From: a virus | Lineage: Duplodnaviria > Heunggongvirae > Uroviricota > Caudoviricetes | IMG/VR virus record: IMGVR_UViG_2687453522_000001 | Length of the DNA stretch: 64,000 nucleotides | Direction: 5' to 3' (one strand) | Shown here: positions 30,474 to 42,927 of the stretch, one piece after another | Layout: each line of letters opens with the position of its first letter | Numbering within the stretch: position 1 is the stretch's first letter | The notes under the pieces: model-generated | Database searches by the model: none | Told to the model about the DNA's origin: nothing | What the model saw: only the letters and a program-made list of their open reading frames with translations | Translations under genes and position numbers: made by a program

Positions 30474-32734
30474 AAGAGCTGTGCTATGGATCTGTTTGCA
30501 GTGGAATTGAAGCCGCGAGTATTGCCTGGGAACCGTTGGGTATGCGTCCGGCGTGGTTTGCTGAAATCGAGCCTTTTCCATCTGCCGTTCTTGCGCACCG
30601 CTGGCCCCATGTCGCCAACCTTGGCGACATGACAAAACTTGCCAAAAAAGTCCTGGCTGGGGAAATCGAATCCCCTGATGTGCTCGTCGGGGGTACGCCT
30701 TGTCAGGCATTCAGTATCGCGGGCTTACGTGGTGGGCTTGATGATGAACGCGGCGCGCTAACTTTGAAGTATGTGGAGCTTGCAAATGCAATTGACGACA
30801 AACGGTCTGAGTCCTTCCTCAAACCGACAGTTATCGTCTGGGAAAATGTCCCAGGAGTCCTGTCATCGGCAGATAACGCCTTCGGATGTTTCCTTGCCGG
30901 ATTGGCTGGAGAAGATGCGCCATTTGAACCAGGTGATCGACCTGAATCAGGAAAAAGTAACGCGTTCTGGCGGTGGGATGGCAAAACCGGTTGCCATGCT
31001 CCAAAGTGGCCGCAGTGTGGTTGTATTTATGGACCGCAGCGAAAGGTGGCCTGGAGAATCCTTGATGCCCAATACTTCGGAGTGGCACAACGACGCCGAC
31101 GCGTGTTTGTTGTCGCAAGTGCTCGAACAGACTTCGATCCCGCAACGGTACTTTTTGAGTTCGAAGGCGTGCGCCGGAATATTGCGCCGAGCCGAAAAAA
31201 GAAGGAAATCGCTTCCGCCATTACTGCAAATGGCGCTGCAATCAGTGGCGAAAGCCTAAATCCATGCCTACACGCTGGCATGTCCCCCGGTATGAAATCG
31301 ACGAAATCCGTAAACGGTTTCAGGATGGCGGCATTTGGGGAATATATTGACGATGAAACCGCATTGACAGTAAAGGCAAGAGACTTTAAAGATGCCACTG
31401 ACCTTGCCGTTTTTAGCAGCACTGGAGCAGGTTTTTGGTCAGAAGGGCATGGTACATTGCGGGCGCGTGAGCAAGAAAGCCATGAGCATCTTGTTACATT
31501 GGCTTTTCCTGAGCGTATGAGTGGTACACAACATGCAGCAACTAAGAATACTTCACCATCTCTAATGGCTCAAAATCCAACTGCTGTTTGCTATGAAGTA
31601 AGAAACGAAGAAGTAGCTGTCCGCCGTCTTACCCCTGTCGAATGTGAGAGACTTCAAGGTTTTCCTGATGGGCATACATTGATCCCTACGGAAAAGCGTA
31701 AAAAAGTTAATTCAGATGAACTGGCATATCTGCACAATCACTATCCAGATTTAAGCGAAGAAGAGGCCGCAATGCTTGCAGCTGACGGACCGCGTTACAA
31801 AGCGATCGGCAATAGTATGGCGATACCAGTAATGCGCTGGATTGGCGATCGGATTGCCAAGGCTGCATGTCGGCAGAAGGAAGGGAGTGAAACAAAAGAG
31901 CGAAAAGTTAAACCAGCGGCAGAATTCGAACGGTCCATATTCAAATGGGCTGGTGGAAAATTTGGTGTTCTGGAACAAATCTTTCGCTATTTGCCAGAAG
32001 GGAAGCGCCTGATTGAACCTTTCGTTGGTGGCGGAGCTGTCTTCATGAATGCCGGATACCAGGAAAATCTGCTAAATGATGTGAATGCTGACCTGATTAA
32101 CTTTTACAAGACTCTGCAACGCGAGACGCATTCACTTATCACACTGGCGCATCGTTTCTTCCAGGACTACAACACACAGGAAGGATACCTGGCAGTACGG
32201 AATGCGTTTAACAAACAAGTCTATGATGATTTACATCGCGCAGCGGCGTTTTTGTTCCTGAACCGACATTGTTTTAACGGATTGACGCGTTACGACCAGG
32301 CCGGTGAGTTCAATGTCGGTTACGGGAAGTATAAAACTCCGTATTTCCCATTACAGGAGATGGAAGCCTTCCTCGGTGCGGAAGGGCGGTCTGAGTTTGT
32401 ATGCGGTGATTTTGCTGCGGTGATTGAAGCTGCCGGAGAAGGAGATGTCATCTTTTGCGATCCGCCGTATGAACCGCTCCCAAATACAGAGGGATTCACG
32501 AACTATTCCGGTCATGACTTTAAGTTTGAAGAGCAAAAACGCCTGGCGTCTCTGTTGACGGATGCTCATCGCCGAGGTGCAAAGGTTCTCATTACTAACA
32601 GTGGCGCGCCAAACATCAGAGAACTTTATCAGGACAGTGGCTTCAGAGTGGAACCTCTTTTTGCCAGACGTTCTGTGTCTTGTAAGGGGGACACTCGAGG
32701 TGTTGCTCATGACGTTATAGCAATATTGCTCTAA
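30470..32734 (+). CDS. dmt: bifunctional DNA methyltransferase: N-terminal C5-cytosine MTase fused to C-terminal Dam-like N6-adenine MTase
   Basis: 754 aa; [11 protein letters not shown] and ENVPG (C5-MTase) in the N-terminal half; FVGGGAV and FCDPPYEP in the C-terminal half. Confidence 0.85.
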   Translation: MKELCYGSVCSGIEAASIAWEPLGMRPAWFAEIEPFPSAVLAHRWPHVANLGDMTKLAKKVLAGEIESPDVLVGGTPCQAFSIAGLRGGLDDERGALTLKYVELANAIDDKRSESFLKPTVIVWENVPGVLSSADNAFGCFLAGLAGEDAPFEPGDRPESGKSNAFWRWDGKTGCHAPKWPQCGCIYGPQRKVAWRILDAQYFGVAQRRRRVFVVASARTDFDPATVLFEFEGVRRNIAPSRKKKEIASAITANGAAISGESLNPCLHAGMSPGMKSTKSVNGFRMAAFGEYIDDETALTVKARDFKDATDLAVFSSTGAGFWSEGHGTLRAREQESHEHLVTLAFPERMSGTQHAATKNTSPSLMAQNPTAVCYEVRNEEVAVRRLTPVECERLQGFPDGHTLIPTEKRKKVNSDELAYLHNHYPDLSEEEAAMLAADGPRYKAIGNSMAIPVMRWIGDRIAKAACRQKEGSETKERKVKPAAEFERSIFKWAGGKFGVLEQIFRYLPEGKRLIEPFVGGGAVFMNAGYQENLLNDVNADLINFYKTLQRETHSLITLAHRFFQDYNTQEGYLAVRNAFNKQVYDDLHRAAAFLFLNRHCFNGLTRYDQAGEFNVGYGKYKTPYFPLQEMEAFLGAEGRSEFVCGDFAAVIEAAGEGDVIFCDPPYEPLPNTEGFTNYSGHDFKFEEQKRLASLLTDAHRRGAKVLITNSGAPNIRELYQDSGFRVEPLFARRSVSCKGDTRGVAHDVIAILL

Positions 32735-32740
32735 TAAATT
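32724..32740 (+). promoter_or_regulatory. C1-type operator overlapping the dmt stop codon
   Basis: ATTGCTCTAATAAATTT, exact match to the recurring 17-mer. Confidence 0.55.
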
Positions 32741-32918
32741 TATTAGTGTAATATCGCCTCAATGAATCGTGATTTATAGAGCGATTTAGCTGTTAGCCGC
32801 GACAGGCGCGGCGGCAAGTATGGCGGGGTAGTGACTCCTTCCCCCTCATGACGCCGAGTTGCCAGGTTGACCATACGCCTAAGTGGCAACACCGAAGTGC
32901 GTTACGAGCTTCCAGTTT

Positions 32919-32945
32919 GCCCATCTTCGGGTGGGCGTTTTTTTC
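32919..32945 (+). terminator. rho-independent terminator
   Basis: GCCCATC-TTCG-GGTGGGC followed by GTTTTTTT. Confidence 0.55.
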
Positions 32946-33409
32946 AGGGTTTTCGTCATGGTTAGCGACTTTGCGGCGGTTTAGAAACTGACCATTAAAG
33001 TAAATGCAAACGATGATCTGATGATGGTAGCGGCCTAAGAAGCCAGACGCCACGGGGTATGAGTCGTCCCCCGTCAAAAAATCGACCGCAGAGTGTCCCC
33101 GTCTGTGTATTAGGGAACGGGGAGGCACAACAGGTAAGGGCGCTGGTGTGATTAACCAGATGAACGAGAAGGGGCCATCTGTTGGTCAGCGTCCTTTCCT
33201 GTTGCGTCTTCTTTTCAGCGTAACAGCGGTGCTTAACAGCACTTTGGGTACAGTTCCACGAATTTACGGGTATATCCCGTCATGCTGAAAGCGCTAATCA
33301 CGCTGGAAGCCAGGGTTATGCATCCCCTGTTACCGAATTGCAGCCAGGGCGCGGTGCGCCGAAAAGCATACGGAGGTGGAAGCCCTCGCCGGAGACGTAC
33401 CCGGCAAGT

Positions 33410-33485
33410 GATGGTGTAGCTCAGCGGTTAGAGCGGTTGACTGTTAATCAACGGGTCGATGGTTCAAATCCATCCACCATCGCCA
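33410..33485 (+). tRNA. tRNA-Asn (anticodon GTT)
   Basis: 76-nt cloverleaf: acceptor GATGGTG/CACCATC, anticodon loop CTGTTAA, T-loop TTCAAAT, encoded CCA. Confidence 0.85.
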
Positions 33486-33487
33486 AT

Positions 33488-33563
33488 GCCGGTTTAGCTC
33501 AGTTGGTAGAGCGCCTGCCTTGTAAGCAGGATGTCAGCGGTTCGAGTCCGTTAATCGGCACCA
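33488..33563 (+). tRNA. tRNA-Thr (anticodon TGT)
   Basis: 76-nt cloverleaf: acceptor GCCGGTT/AATCGGC, anticodon loop CTTGTAA, T-loop TTCGAGT, encoded CCA. Confidence 0.85.
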
Positions 33564-33569
33564 GCACAA

Positions 33570-33674
33570 CAGGTAAGGGTATTTTGCGACGTCGGAGATC
33601 GCCGAGCTTGGCAGAGGGTTCGAATCCCTACGAAGTACCCTTACCGTTGTGATGAATGCGCAGGCTGATGCGCG
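33570..33674 (+). repeat. structured repeat unit A (stem-loop with tRNA T-arm-like core)
   Basis: CAGGTAAGGGTA...TACCCTTACC 10-bp stem around a loop containing GAGGGTTCGAATCCCT; followed by the conserved tail GTTGTGATGAATGCGCAGGCTGATGCGCG. Confidence 0.5.
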
Positions 33675-33836
33675 AAAGACATTGCAGCTATTGCGGAAAA
33701 GAGCTGTTCGGCGGGGCAATTAAACGCCCGTGAGAGTCTGAAATAACCGCAAGCCGGAGATCAGCACCGGTCATCACAACACAACAGGTTGTACTGCACC
33801 CATTTTGTTGGACGATGAAATGGAATAGCCCCTAAT

Positions 33837-34358
33837 ATGTCAAAGCCAAAATACCCTTTTGAAAAGCGCCTTGAAGTCGTGAATCACTACTTCACAACTG
33901 ATGATGGTTACAGGATCATCTCGGCACGTTTTGGTGTCCCCCGAACCCAGGTCAGGACATGGGTTGCCCTCTATGAAAAACATGGAGAAAAAGGTTTAAT
34001 TCCCAAACCTAAAGGCGTTAGTGCTGATCCAGAGTTGCGTATTAAGGTCGTGAAAGCTGTGATCGAGCAGCACATGTCCCTTAATCAGGCTGCTGCTCAC
34101 TTTATGCTTGCTGGTAGTGGTTCTGTAGCCAGGTGGCTGAAGGTCTATGAAGAGCGCGGAGAAGCTGGTTTACGCGCGCTCAAGATTGGCACCAAAAGAA
34201 ACATTGCAATATCAGTTGATCCAGAAAAAGCGGCATCAGCATTGGAGCTGTCAAAAGACCGACGCATTGAGGATCTTGAAAGGCAAGTTCGATTTCTTGA
34301 AACGCGGCTTATGTATCTAAAAAAGCTGAAAGCCTTAGCTCATCCCACGAAAAAGTGA
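33837..34358 (+). CDS. insJ: IS150 transposase OrfA (InsJ)
   Basis: 173 aa MSKPKYPFEKRLEVVNHYFTTDDGY..., HTH-containing OrfA. Confidence 0.9.
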   Translation: MSKPKYPFEKRLEVVNHYFTTDDGYRIISARFGVPRTQVRTWVALYEKHGEKGLIPKPKGVSADPELRIKVVKAVIEQHMSLNQAAAHFMLAGSGSVARWLKVYEERGEAGLRALKIGTKRNIAISVDPEKAASALELSKDRRIEDLERQVRFLETRLMYLKKLKALAHPTKK

Positions 34359-35206
34359 AAGTACTCAACGAGCTAAGGCAGTTTTATCCTCTTGATGAGC
34401 TTCTCAGGGCTGCGGAGATACCGCGCAGTACGTTTTATTATCATCTAAAGGCTCTCAGCAAGCCTGACAAGTATGCGGACGTTAAAAAGCGTATTAGTGA
34501 GATTTATCACGAGAATAGAGGCCGATACGGATACCGTAGGGTAACGCTGTCTCTTCATCGAGAAGGGAAACAGATTAACCATAAAGCTGTTCAGCGCCTG
34601 ATGGGAACCCTCTCACTTAAAGCAGCGATTAAGGTCAAGCGATACCGCTCTTACAGAGGAGAGGTAGGGCAAACCGCCCCTAATGTTCTCCAAAGAGATT
34701 TCAAGGCTACGCGGCCAAACGAGAAGTGGGTTACCGATGTTACTGAATTTGCAGTCAATGGGCGCAAGCTGTATTTGTCTCCAGTAATAGATCTCTTCAA
34801 CAACGAAGTTATTTCTTACAGCCTTTCGGAAAGACCAGTGATGAACATGGTTGAGAATATGCTCGATCAGGCATTCAAAAAGCTTAATCCTCACGAGCAT
34901 CCTGTTCTGCACTCTGACCAGGGATGGCAGTATCGTATGAGAAGATATCAAAATATCCTTAAAGAACATGGTATTAAACAAAGCATGTCCAGAAAAGGCA
35001 ATTGTCTGGATAATGCTGTGGTGGAGTGTTTCTTTGGAACCTTAAAGTCGGAGTGTTTTTATCTTGATGAGTTCAGTAATATAAGCGAACTGAAGGATGC
35101 TGTTACGGAATATATTGAATACTACAACAGCAGAAGAATTAGCCTGAAATTAAAAGGTCTGACTCCAATTGAATATCGGAATCAGACCTATATGCCTCGT
35201 GTTTAA
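34355..35206 (+). CDS. insK: IS150 transposase OrfB (InsK), DDE catalytic domain
   Basis: 283 aa in the -1 frame relative to OrfA, overlapping its 3' end. Confidence 0.9.
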
Positions 35207-35230
35207 CTGTCCAACTTTTTGGGGTCAGTA

Positions 35231-35302
35231 CAGGTAAGGGCATTCTCCCTTATGGGGCTTGGCTTAAATGCATCGAGTGCTCTTACCGTTGTGATGAAGT
35301 GC
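35231..35302 (+). repeat. structured repeat unit B (interrupted at its 5' end by IS150)
   Basis: CAGGTAAGGGCA...TGCTCTTACC stem then GTTGTGATGAAGTGC tail; the IS150 target GGT lies inside CAGGTAAG. Confidence 0.5.
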
Positions 35303-35437
35303 AGCTCTTTGAAGCAACCAGAAGATAAGCATCTGGCTTCACAACATAAACCGCAGGAACGACCAATAAACGGTAGTCCGTATGGAGAACACCCCGTTGA
35401 GGAAGAGGCCTGGCCGGAACCGTAACCGGCACTACAA

Positions 35438-35550
35438 CGTTGAGAACACTGGCGTAACGGGGTCATATCCCAATCTACGAATAAATGTTGCGTTGCAGCG
35501 TGACAACCAGTGTTCTCAACATTGTGGTGAATGCACAGGCTGATGTGCCG
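35438..35550 (+). repeat. structured repeat unit D (14-bp inverted repeat plus conserved tail)
   Basis: GTTGAGAACACTGG ... CCAGTGTTCTCAAC enclosing GTAACGGGGTCATATCCCAATCTAC; followed by ATTGTGGTGAATGCACAGGCTGATGTGCCGC. Confidence 0.5.
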
Positions 35551-35713
35551 CAACTACAGTAGTGCGCGCTTTGCGGGGCTTGCTACAACCCTGTGTCGGA
35601 GTTCAGCACCGACCATCACAGTTTGATTCTCTGGCATGAGCATAACGCTGAAATAAGTCCAGCCTGGTGCGGCCCGATCACCCGCCGTTAGCTCCACGAA
35701 ACGGAGCACGTAA

Positions 35714-35798
35714 CAGGTAAGAGCATTCTCCTGTAACGGGTTCATATCCCAATCTACAGGTCCACCAAGAATGCTCTTTCCGTTGCGGTGAATGCGGC
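35714..35798 (+). repeat. structured repeat unit C
   Basis: CAGGTAAGAGCATTCT ... AGAATGCTCTTTCC stem around GTAACGGGTTCATATCCCAATCTAC; tail GTTGCGGTGAATGCGG. Confidence 0.5.
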
Positions 35799-35937
35799 TA
35801 AGCGCACGCGGGGAAATGGTTATATCAGTCCATTCATTTCTCCTTGTTTCCCCGTCCACGGTGGATAACCAGCCAAAGGACACCGGGAGGCACCCGGCAC
35901 CGCAGCTTTTTTATTCGTTAAATAATGGAGTGAGAGG

Positions 35938-36174
35938 ATGCAGAACAATCCGAACAAATGTCGAACGCTATGGGTGCGGTTATATATTTATGCCGTCCTC
36001 TGTTTGATTGTGTCACTGGTTCTGTATGTTTGGCTTTTGCCAAATATGATCTCATCTAACAGCACAATACTTGTATTGTTGGGAGTCCTTCTCGCGCTCA
36101 TTTACCCGGCTTTCGCAGTAGTCTTTTTTCGTGAAAAAACCAGGAAATTAATTAATGAAAAAAACGTTGATTAG
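35938..36174 (+). CDS. small two-helix membrane protein
   Basis: 78 aa with two hydrophobic segments; 3' end overlaps the start of the lipoprotein gene. Confidence 0.5.
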   Translation: MQNNPNKCRTLWVRLYIYAVLCLIVSLVLYVWLLPNMISSNSTILVLLGVLLALIYPAFAVVFFREKTRKLINEKNVD

Positions 36175-36982
36175 TGCAGCGATTATTTTGGGTTCTTTAT
36201 GTCTGACCGGATGCGATCGGGTAGAGCCAGGTAACGTAGGGATCAAAGTAAATAAGCTGGGGGATGATAAAGGTATCGGTGAAGTAGTTGGCGTTGGTCG
36301 CTACTGGACAGGCTTGAATACTGAAGTTTATATCTTCCCGACCTTTAAGCAAATGAAGACATACGATGAGCCGTTCAGCTTCCAGATGAGCGACGGAACA
36401 ACCATTGGTTACCACATCGGCGTAGCCTACAAGGTTGATCCAGCAAAAGTCACAACGGTATTTCAGACCTATCGCAAAGGTGTAGATGATATTACTGATA
36501 CCGATCTACGCCAGAAGGTTGCAGATGCTCTGAACCGGTTAGCCAGCAAAATGACCACCGACAAATTTATCGACGGTGGCAAATCTGAATTGCTTGATGC
36601 AGCCCTTAAAGACATTCAGGAAGAAATGACGCCAATCGGCATTCAGGTGATGAGCCTCTCTTATGTAGGTAAGCCAGAATACCCGCCAACAGTTATTGAC
36701 AGTATTAACGCCAAAGTCACGGCAAACCAAAAAACCCTGCAACGCGAGCAAGAGGTCAAACAACGTGAAGCAGAGGCCAACATGCTGCGCGCGGAAGCTG
36801 CCGGACAGGCTGATGCTATTCGCACAAAAGCCCAGGCCGAAGCTGATGCCATTCGTTTACGTGGTGAAGCTCTGCGCCAGAACCCCGGTGTTATGGAGTT
36901 GGAAGCGATCAACAAATGGAACGGTACATTACCGCAGTATATGACCAGTAATACCGCTGTTCCGTTTGTTCCGGTGAAATAA
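36155..36982 (+). CDS. plp: SPFH/band-7-like lipoprotein
   Basis: 275 aa; lipobox LCLTGC after signal peptide MKKTLISAAIILGS; C-terminal Ala/Glu/Gln/Arg-rich coiled-coil typical of SPFH proteins. Confidence 0.65.
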   Translation: MKKTLISAAIILGSLCLTGCDRVEPGNVGIKVNKLGDDKGIGEVVGVGRYWTGLNTEVYIFPTFKQMKTYDEPFSFQMSDGTTIGYHIGVAYKVDPAKVTTVFQTYRKGVDDITDTDLRQKVADALNRLASKMTTDKFIDGGKSELLDAALKDIQEEMTPIGIQVMSLSYVGKPEYPPTVIDSINAKVTANQKTLQREQEVKQREAEANMLRAEAAGQADAIRTKAQAEADAIRLRGEALRQNPGVMELEAINKWNGTLPQYMTSNTAVPFVPVK

Positions 36983-37009
36983 AAGCGTAAGCAAAATTGG
37001 CAGTAATCC

Positions 37010-37085
37010 GGCCCTTTAGCTCAGTGGTTAGAGCTGGCGACTCATAATCGCACGGTCACCGGTTCAAGTCCGGTAGGGGCCACCA
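37010..37085 (+). tRNA. tRNA with CAT anticodon (Ile2/Met type)
   Basis: 76-nt cloverleaf: acceptor GGCCCTT/AGGGGCC, anticodon loop CTCATAA, T-loop TTCAAGT, encoded CCA. Confidence 0.85.
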
Positions 37086-37365
37086 TATTTGGTTGTAACA
37101 CGGCGTCTGGCACATGCGTCGTTAGCGGTCTGGTGACGTTAAAAGGGGGGAACCTTGCCCCTAGCTCAGGCAACGAACCAGGTAGCCGGAATGTGCAAGC
37201 CACCGTTTGTTGTTTCTCGGGTAAAGGGATTCACCATCCTGGCGATTCGGTGTGACAGCCGGGAAGAGTCCGGCGCATTAATCCTGATTTTCTGGTGATG
37301 ACTCATATCGTTAGGAGTGATTTGAGTATGCCGATTATATCTGACATTCAGCACGCCTGGGTGGA

Positions 37366-38736
37366 GTGCTAATGTCTGCATCCCCTCTTGAATCCATGCC
37401 AAATTCCCTTAGTGCAGAACAAGCTGTACTTGGTGGCTTAATGCTTGATAACTGCCGCTGGGATGAAGTTGCAGATCGTATAGTTGCTGATGATTTTTAT
37501 ACCAGTGCTCATCGTGAAATTTTCAGTGAGATGGAGAGGTTATTAAGTCATGGCAAACCGATTGATTTGATAACACTTGCTGAAGCACTTGAACAGAACG
37601 GTAAATTAGAACGCGCCGGTGGTTTTGCGTACCTTGCGGAGATGTCAAAGAACACGCCCAGCGCGGCAAATATTTGTGCTTATGCGGATATCGTTCGTGA
37701 ACGCGCGGTTGTTCGTGAAATGATTTCCGTCGCAAATGAAATAGCCGAAGCTGGATATGCGCAGGATGGCAGGGGCAGCAATGAATTGCTGGATATGGCC
37801 GAGCGCCGCGTTTTTGAAATAGCTGAAAAACGACAAAAGAGCGGTAGTGGTCCAAAAGATATCGCCAGCATTCTCGATGCAACGGTATCTCGCATAGAAG
37901 AGTTGTTTCAGCGACCACATGATGGTGTAACGGGGCTTGATACGGGATTTACCGATCTCAATAAGAAGACGGCAGGGCTTCAGCCGTCCGATCTCATCAT
38001 TGTCGCCGCCCGCCCATCTATGGGGAAGACCACGTTTGCGATGAATCTCGTCGAAAATGCCGCAGTTCGTAACGATAAGCCCGTATTGGTTTTTAGCCTT
38101 GAGATGCCGAGCCACCAGCTGATGATGCGCTCACTGGCTTCTCTTGCACGCGTTGATCAGACTCGTATTCGGACAGGGCAACTTAACGACGAGGATTGGG
38201 CGCGGGTTTCTGGCGCAATGGGTATTCTGTTGGACAAGCAGAATATTTTTATTGATGACTCAAGCGCCCTGACACCTACAGAGCTTCGTTCCCGCGCTCG
38301 TCGTGTTTATAAAGAAAATGGTGGTTTGAGCATGATTATGATCGACTACCTGCAACTTATGCGCGTCCCCGAGCTGCAAGATAACCGAACGCTGGAAATT
38401 GCCGAGATTTCTCGCTCACTGAAGGCGTTGGCGAAGGAATTACAAGTACCGGTGGTGGCATTGTCACAACTTAATCGATCGCTTGAACAGCGTGCGGACA
38501 AACGACCGGTAAATTCAGATTTACGTGAATCAGGAGCAATTGAGCAGGACGCAGACCTGATCATGTTTCTGTATCGCGACGAAGTTTATCACCCGGATAG
38601 CGAAATGAAGGGCATTGCCGAGGTAATTATCGGAAAGCAACGAAATGGCCCAATTGGCACGGTGAGATTGGCTTTTAACGGCCAATACTCACGGTTTGAT
38701 AACTATGCTGGTGCTGACTGGCAAGAGGATTATTAA
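37366..38736 (+). CDS. ban: DnaB-family replicative DNA helicase
   Basis: 456 aa; Walker A ARPSMGKTTF, Walker B-like IMIDYLQLM and a RecA-like C-terminal domain. Confidence 0.9.
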   Translation: MLMSASPLESMPNSLSAEQAVLGGLMLDNCRWDEVADRIVADDFYTSAHREIFSEMERLLSHGKPIDLITLAEALEQNGKLERAGGFAYLAEMSKNTPSAANICAYADIVRERAVVREMISVANEIAEAGYAQDGRGSNELLDMAERRVFEIAEKRQKSGSGPKDIASILDATVSRIEELFQRPHDGVTGLDTGFTDLNKKTAGLQPSDLIIVAARPSMGKTTFAMNLVENAAVRNDKPVLVFSLEMPSHQLMMRSLASLARVDQTRIRTGQLNDEDWARVSGAMGILLDKQNIFIDDSSALTPTELRSRARRVYKENGGLSMIMIDYLQLMRVPELQDNRTLEIAEISRSLKALAKELQVPVVALSQLNRSLEQRADKRPVNSDLRESGAIEQDADLIMFLYRDEVYHPDSEMKGIAEVIIGKQRNGPIGTVRLAFNGQYSRFDNYAGADWQEDY

Positions 38737-39734
38737 TGCAATGGAATGAGGAAAAGCCGATGAACATCCTGATCATTGGGCGAAAATTTGCAGCCATCAG
38801 TGATGTGAAAACATATACGGAAATGTGGTCTTATAACCTGGCCTGCGCCTTTAGTGAGGCAGGGGTAACATTGCAATACCATCGTCCATATTCCCCTGGC
38901 GTCGAAAGCCCCGAGGATTATGTTGAAGCTGTGTTGACTGCTGCGACAGCATGTTCTGCGAAGGCCATTTTGGCACCAGGATTGAGGTATTTTACTACAG
39001 TACCCAGGGAAATAGGCATGCAACTGTGTCGCCGATTCTCTGGATGGGTAGCCCAGGTATATGACGGTTCTATGCTGGATTCGGCACCAGTCGATATTAC
39101 TTTTACTGTCCGCGATGATACCTGGCGGTACCTGGATAATCCCGGTCGGTTAGAACGTCATAATCGCTTTAACAAACATGTTGGATGGGCAGCGAATCAG
39201 GAGCTGTTCCATCTGGAAACCAAAACGGACGATGTTCTGCGTATTTTTGTAGACCACGCTGCATTTGATGTTAGTGGTTTTGATCACTCCTTAAGTATCC
39301 TTATGAACCTTCAGCGTCTGACCGTTCCGTATGAGGCCAGAACGTTGATTGATGACGGATTGGTTACCATTGATCCGGGGAATATTTCGGTAACTCCATA
39401 CAGGCGGACGCCGGTGCCAGCAACCGAATTTGCAGCTGAATTGCGTAAGAGTGACGTTTTTATCGTTACGCATCCCGAAAGCCTTGGATTAACTGTTCTT
39501 GAGGCGGCAATGTGCGGGGCGTTGGTATTAACGCCTCCCGATTGCCTTCCGCCAGATCGCCTGGCTTTGGTGAACCATATGGTTATCAAGTCGCGGATTG
39601 ATTGGGATGAGGTTATTGCTCGCGTTGATCGCGTGAAAAATGCTGAAAAGGTCCAGTGTCACACCTGGTCGGCAATTGCGGAAAAGATGCTTGAGACGTT
39701 TATCACGCAGAAACCGTCGCGCGGTAACGGATAA
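38736..39734 (+). CDS. dbn: hypothetical protein downstream of ban
   Basis: 332-aa ORF coupled to the ban stop (ATTAATG overlap). Confidence 0.5.
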   Translation: MQWNEEKPMNILIIGRKFAAISDVKTYTEMWSYNLACAFSEAGVTLQYHRPYSPGVESPEDYVEAVLTAATACSAKAILAPGLRYFTTVPREIGMQLCRRFSGWVAQVYDGSMLDSAPVDITFTVRDDTWRYLDNPGRLERHNRFNKHVGWAANQELFHLETKTDDVLRIFVDHAAFDVSGFDHSLSILMNLQRLTVPYEARTLIDDGLVTIDPGNISVTPYRRTPVPATEFAAELRKSDVFIVTHPESLGLTVLEAAMCGALVLTPPDCLPPDRLALVNHMVIKSRIDWDEVIARVDRVKNAEKVQCHTWSAIAEKMLETFITQKPSRGNG

Positions 39735-39756
39735 AAAATTGAACCCGTCATAACAG

Positions 39757-39779
39757 AAAAGCCCGAACGCCGGGCTTTT
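39757..39779. terminator. bidirectional terminator between dbn and the baseplate block
   Basis: GCCCG-AACGC-CGGGC followed by TTTTC, with an A-run upstream. Confidence 0.5.
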
Positions 39780-39780
39780 C

Positions 39781-42927
<3,147 letters not shown>

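Larger units (their letters stand above)
33790..35232 (+). mobile_element. IS150 (IS3 family) insertion, 1443 bp, with 3-bp target duplication GGT
   Basis: Ends TGTACTG...CAGTACA with imperfect terminal inverted repeats; GGT at 33787-33789 and 35233-35235; two overlapping transposase ORFs with A AAA AAG slippery site near 34320. Confidence 0.9.

Noticed and set aside
30081-30710. Minus-strand ORFs (209 and 160 aa) inside the rdgC-like/dmt region
   Set aside because: Antisense to genes with clear domain motifs; no RBS; shadow ORFs.
32793-33128. Minus-strand 111-aa ORF in the dmt-tRNA intergenic region
   Set aside because: Overlaps a plus-strand terminator and has no convincing RBS; Arg/His/Cys-rich composition typical of GC-rich non-coding sequence. 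Not called, though not fully excluded.
33338-33719. Track ORFs 33338..33652 (+) and 33534..33719 (-)
   Set aside because: They run straight through two canonical tRNA cloverleafs and the structured repeat; no RBS; spurious.
33570-35721. CAG|GTAAG motif resembling a eukaryotic 5' splice site
   Set aside because: Bacterial or phage context; the motif forms the 5' arm of a conserved stem paired with CTTACC, so it is a structural element, not a spliceosomal signal.
37645-38115. Minus-strand ORFs inside the helicase gene
   Set aside because: Antisense to a DnaB-family gene with intact Walker motifs; shadow ORFs.
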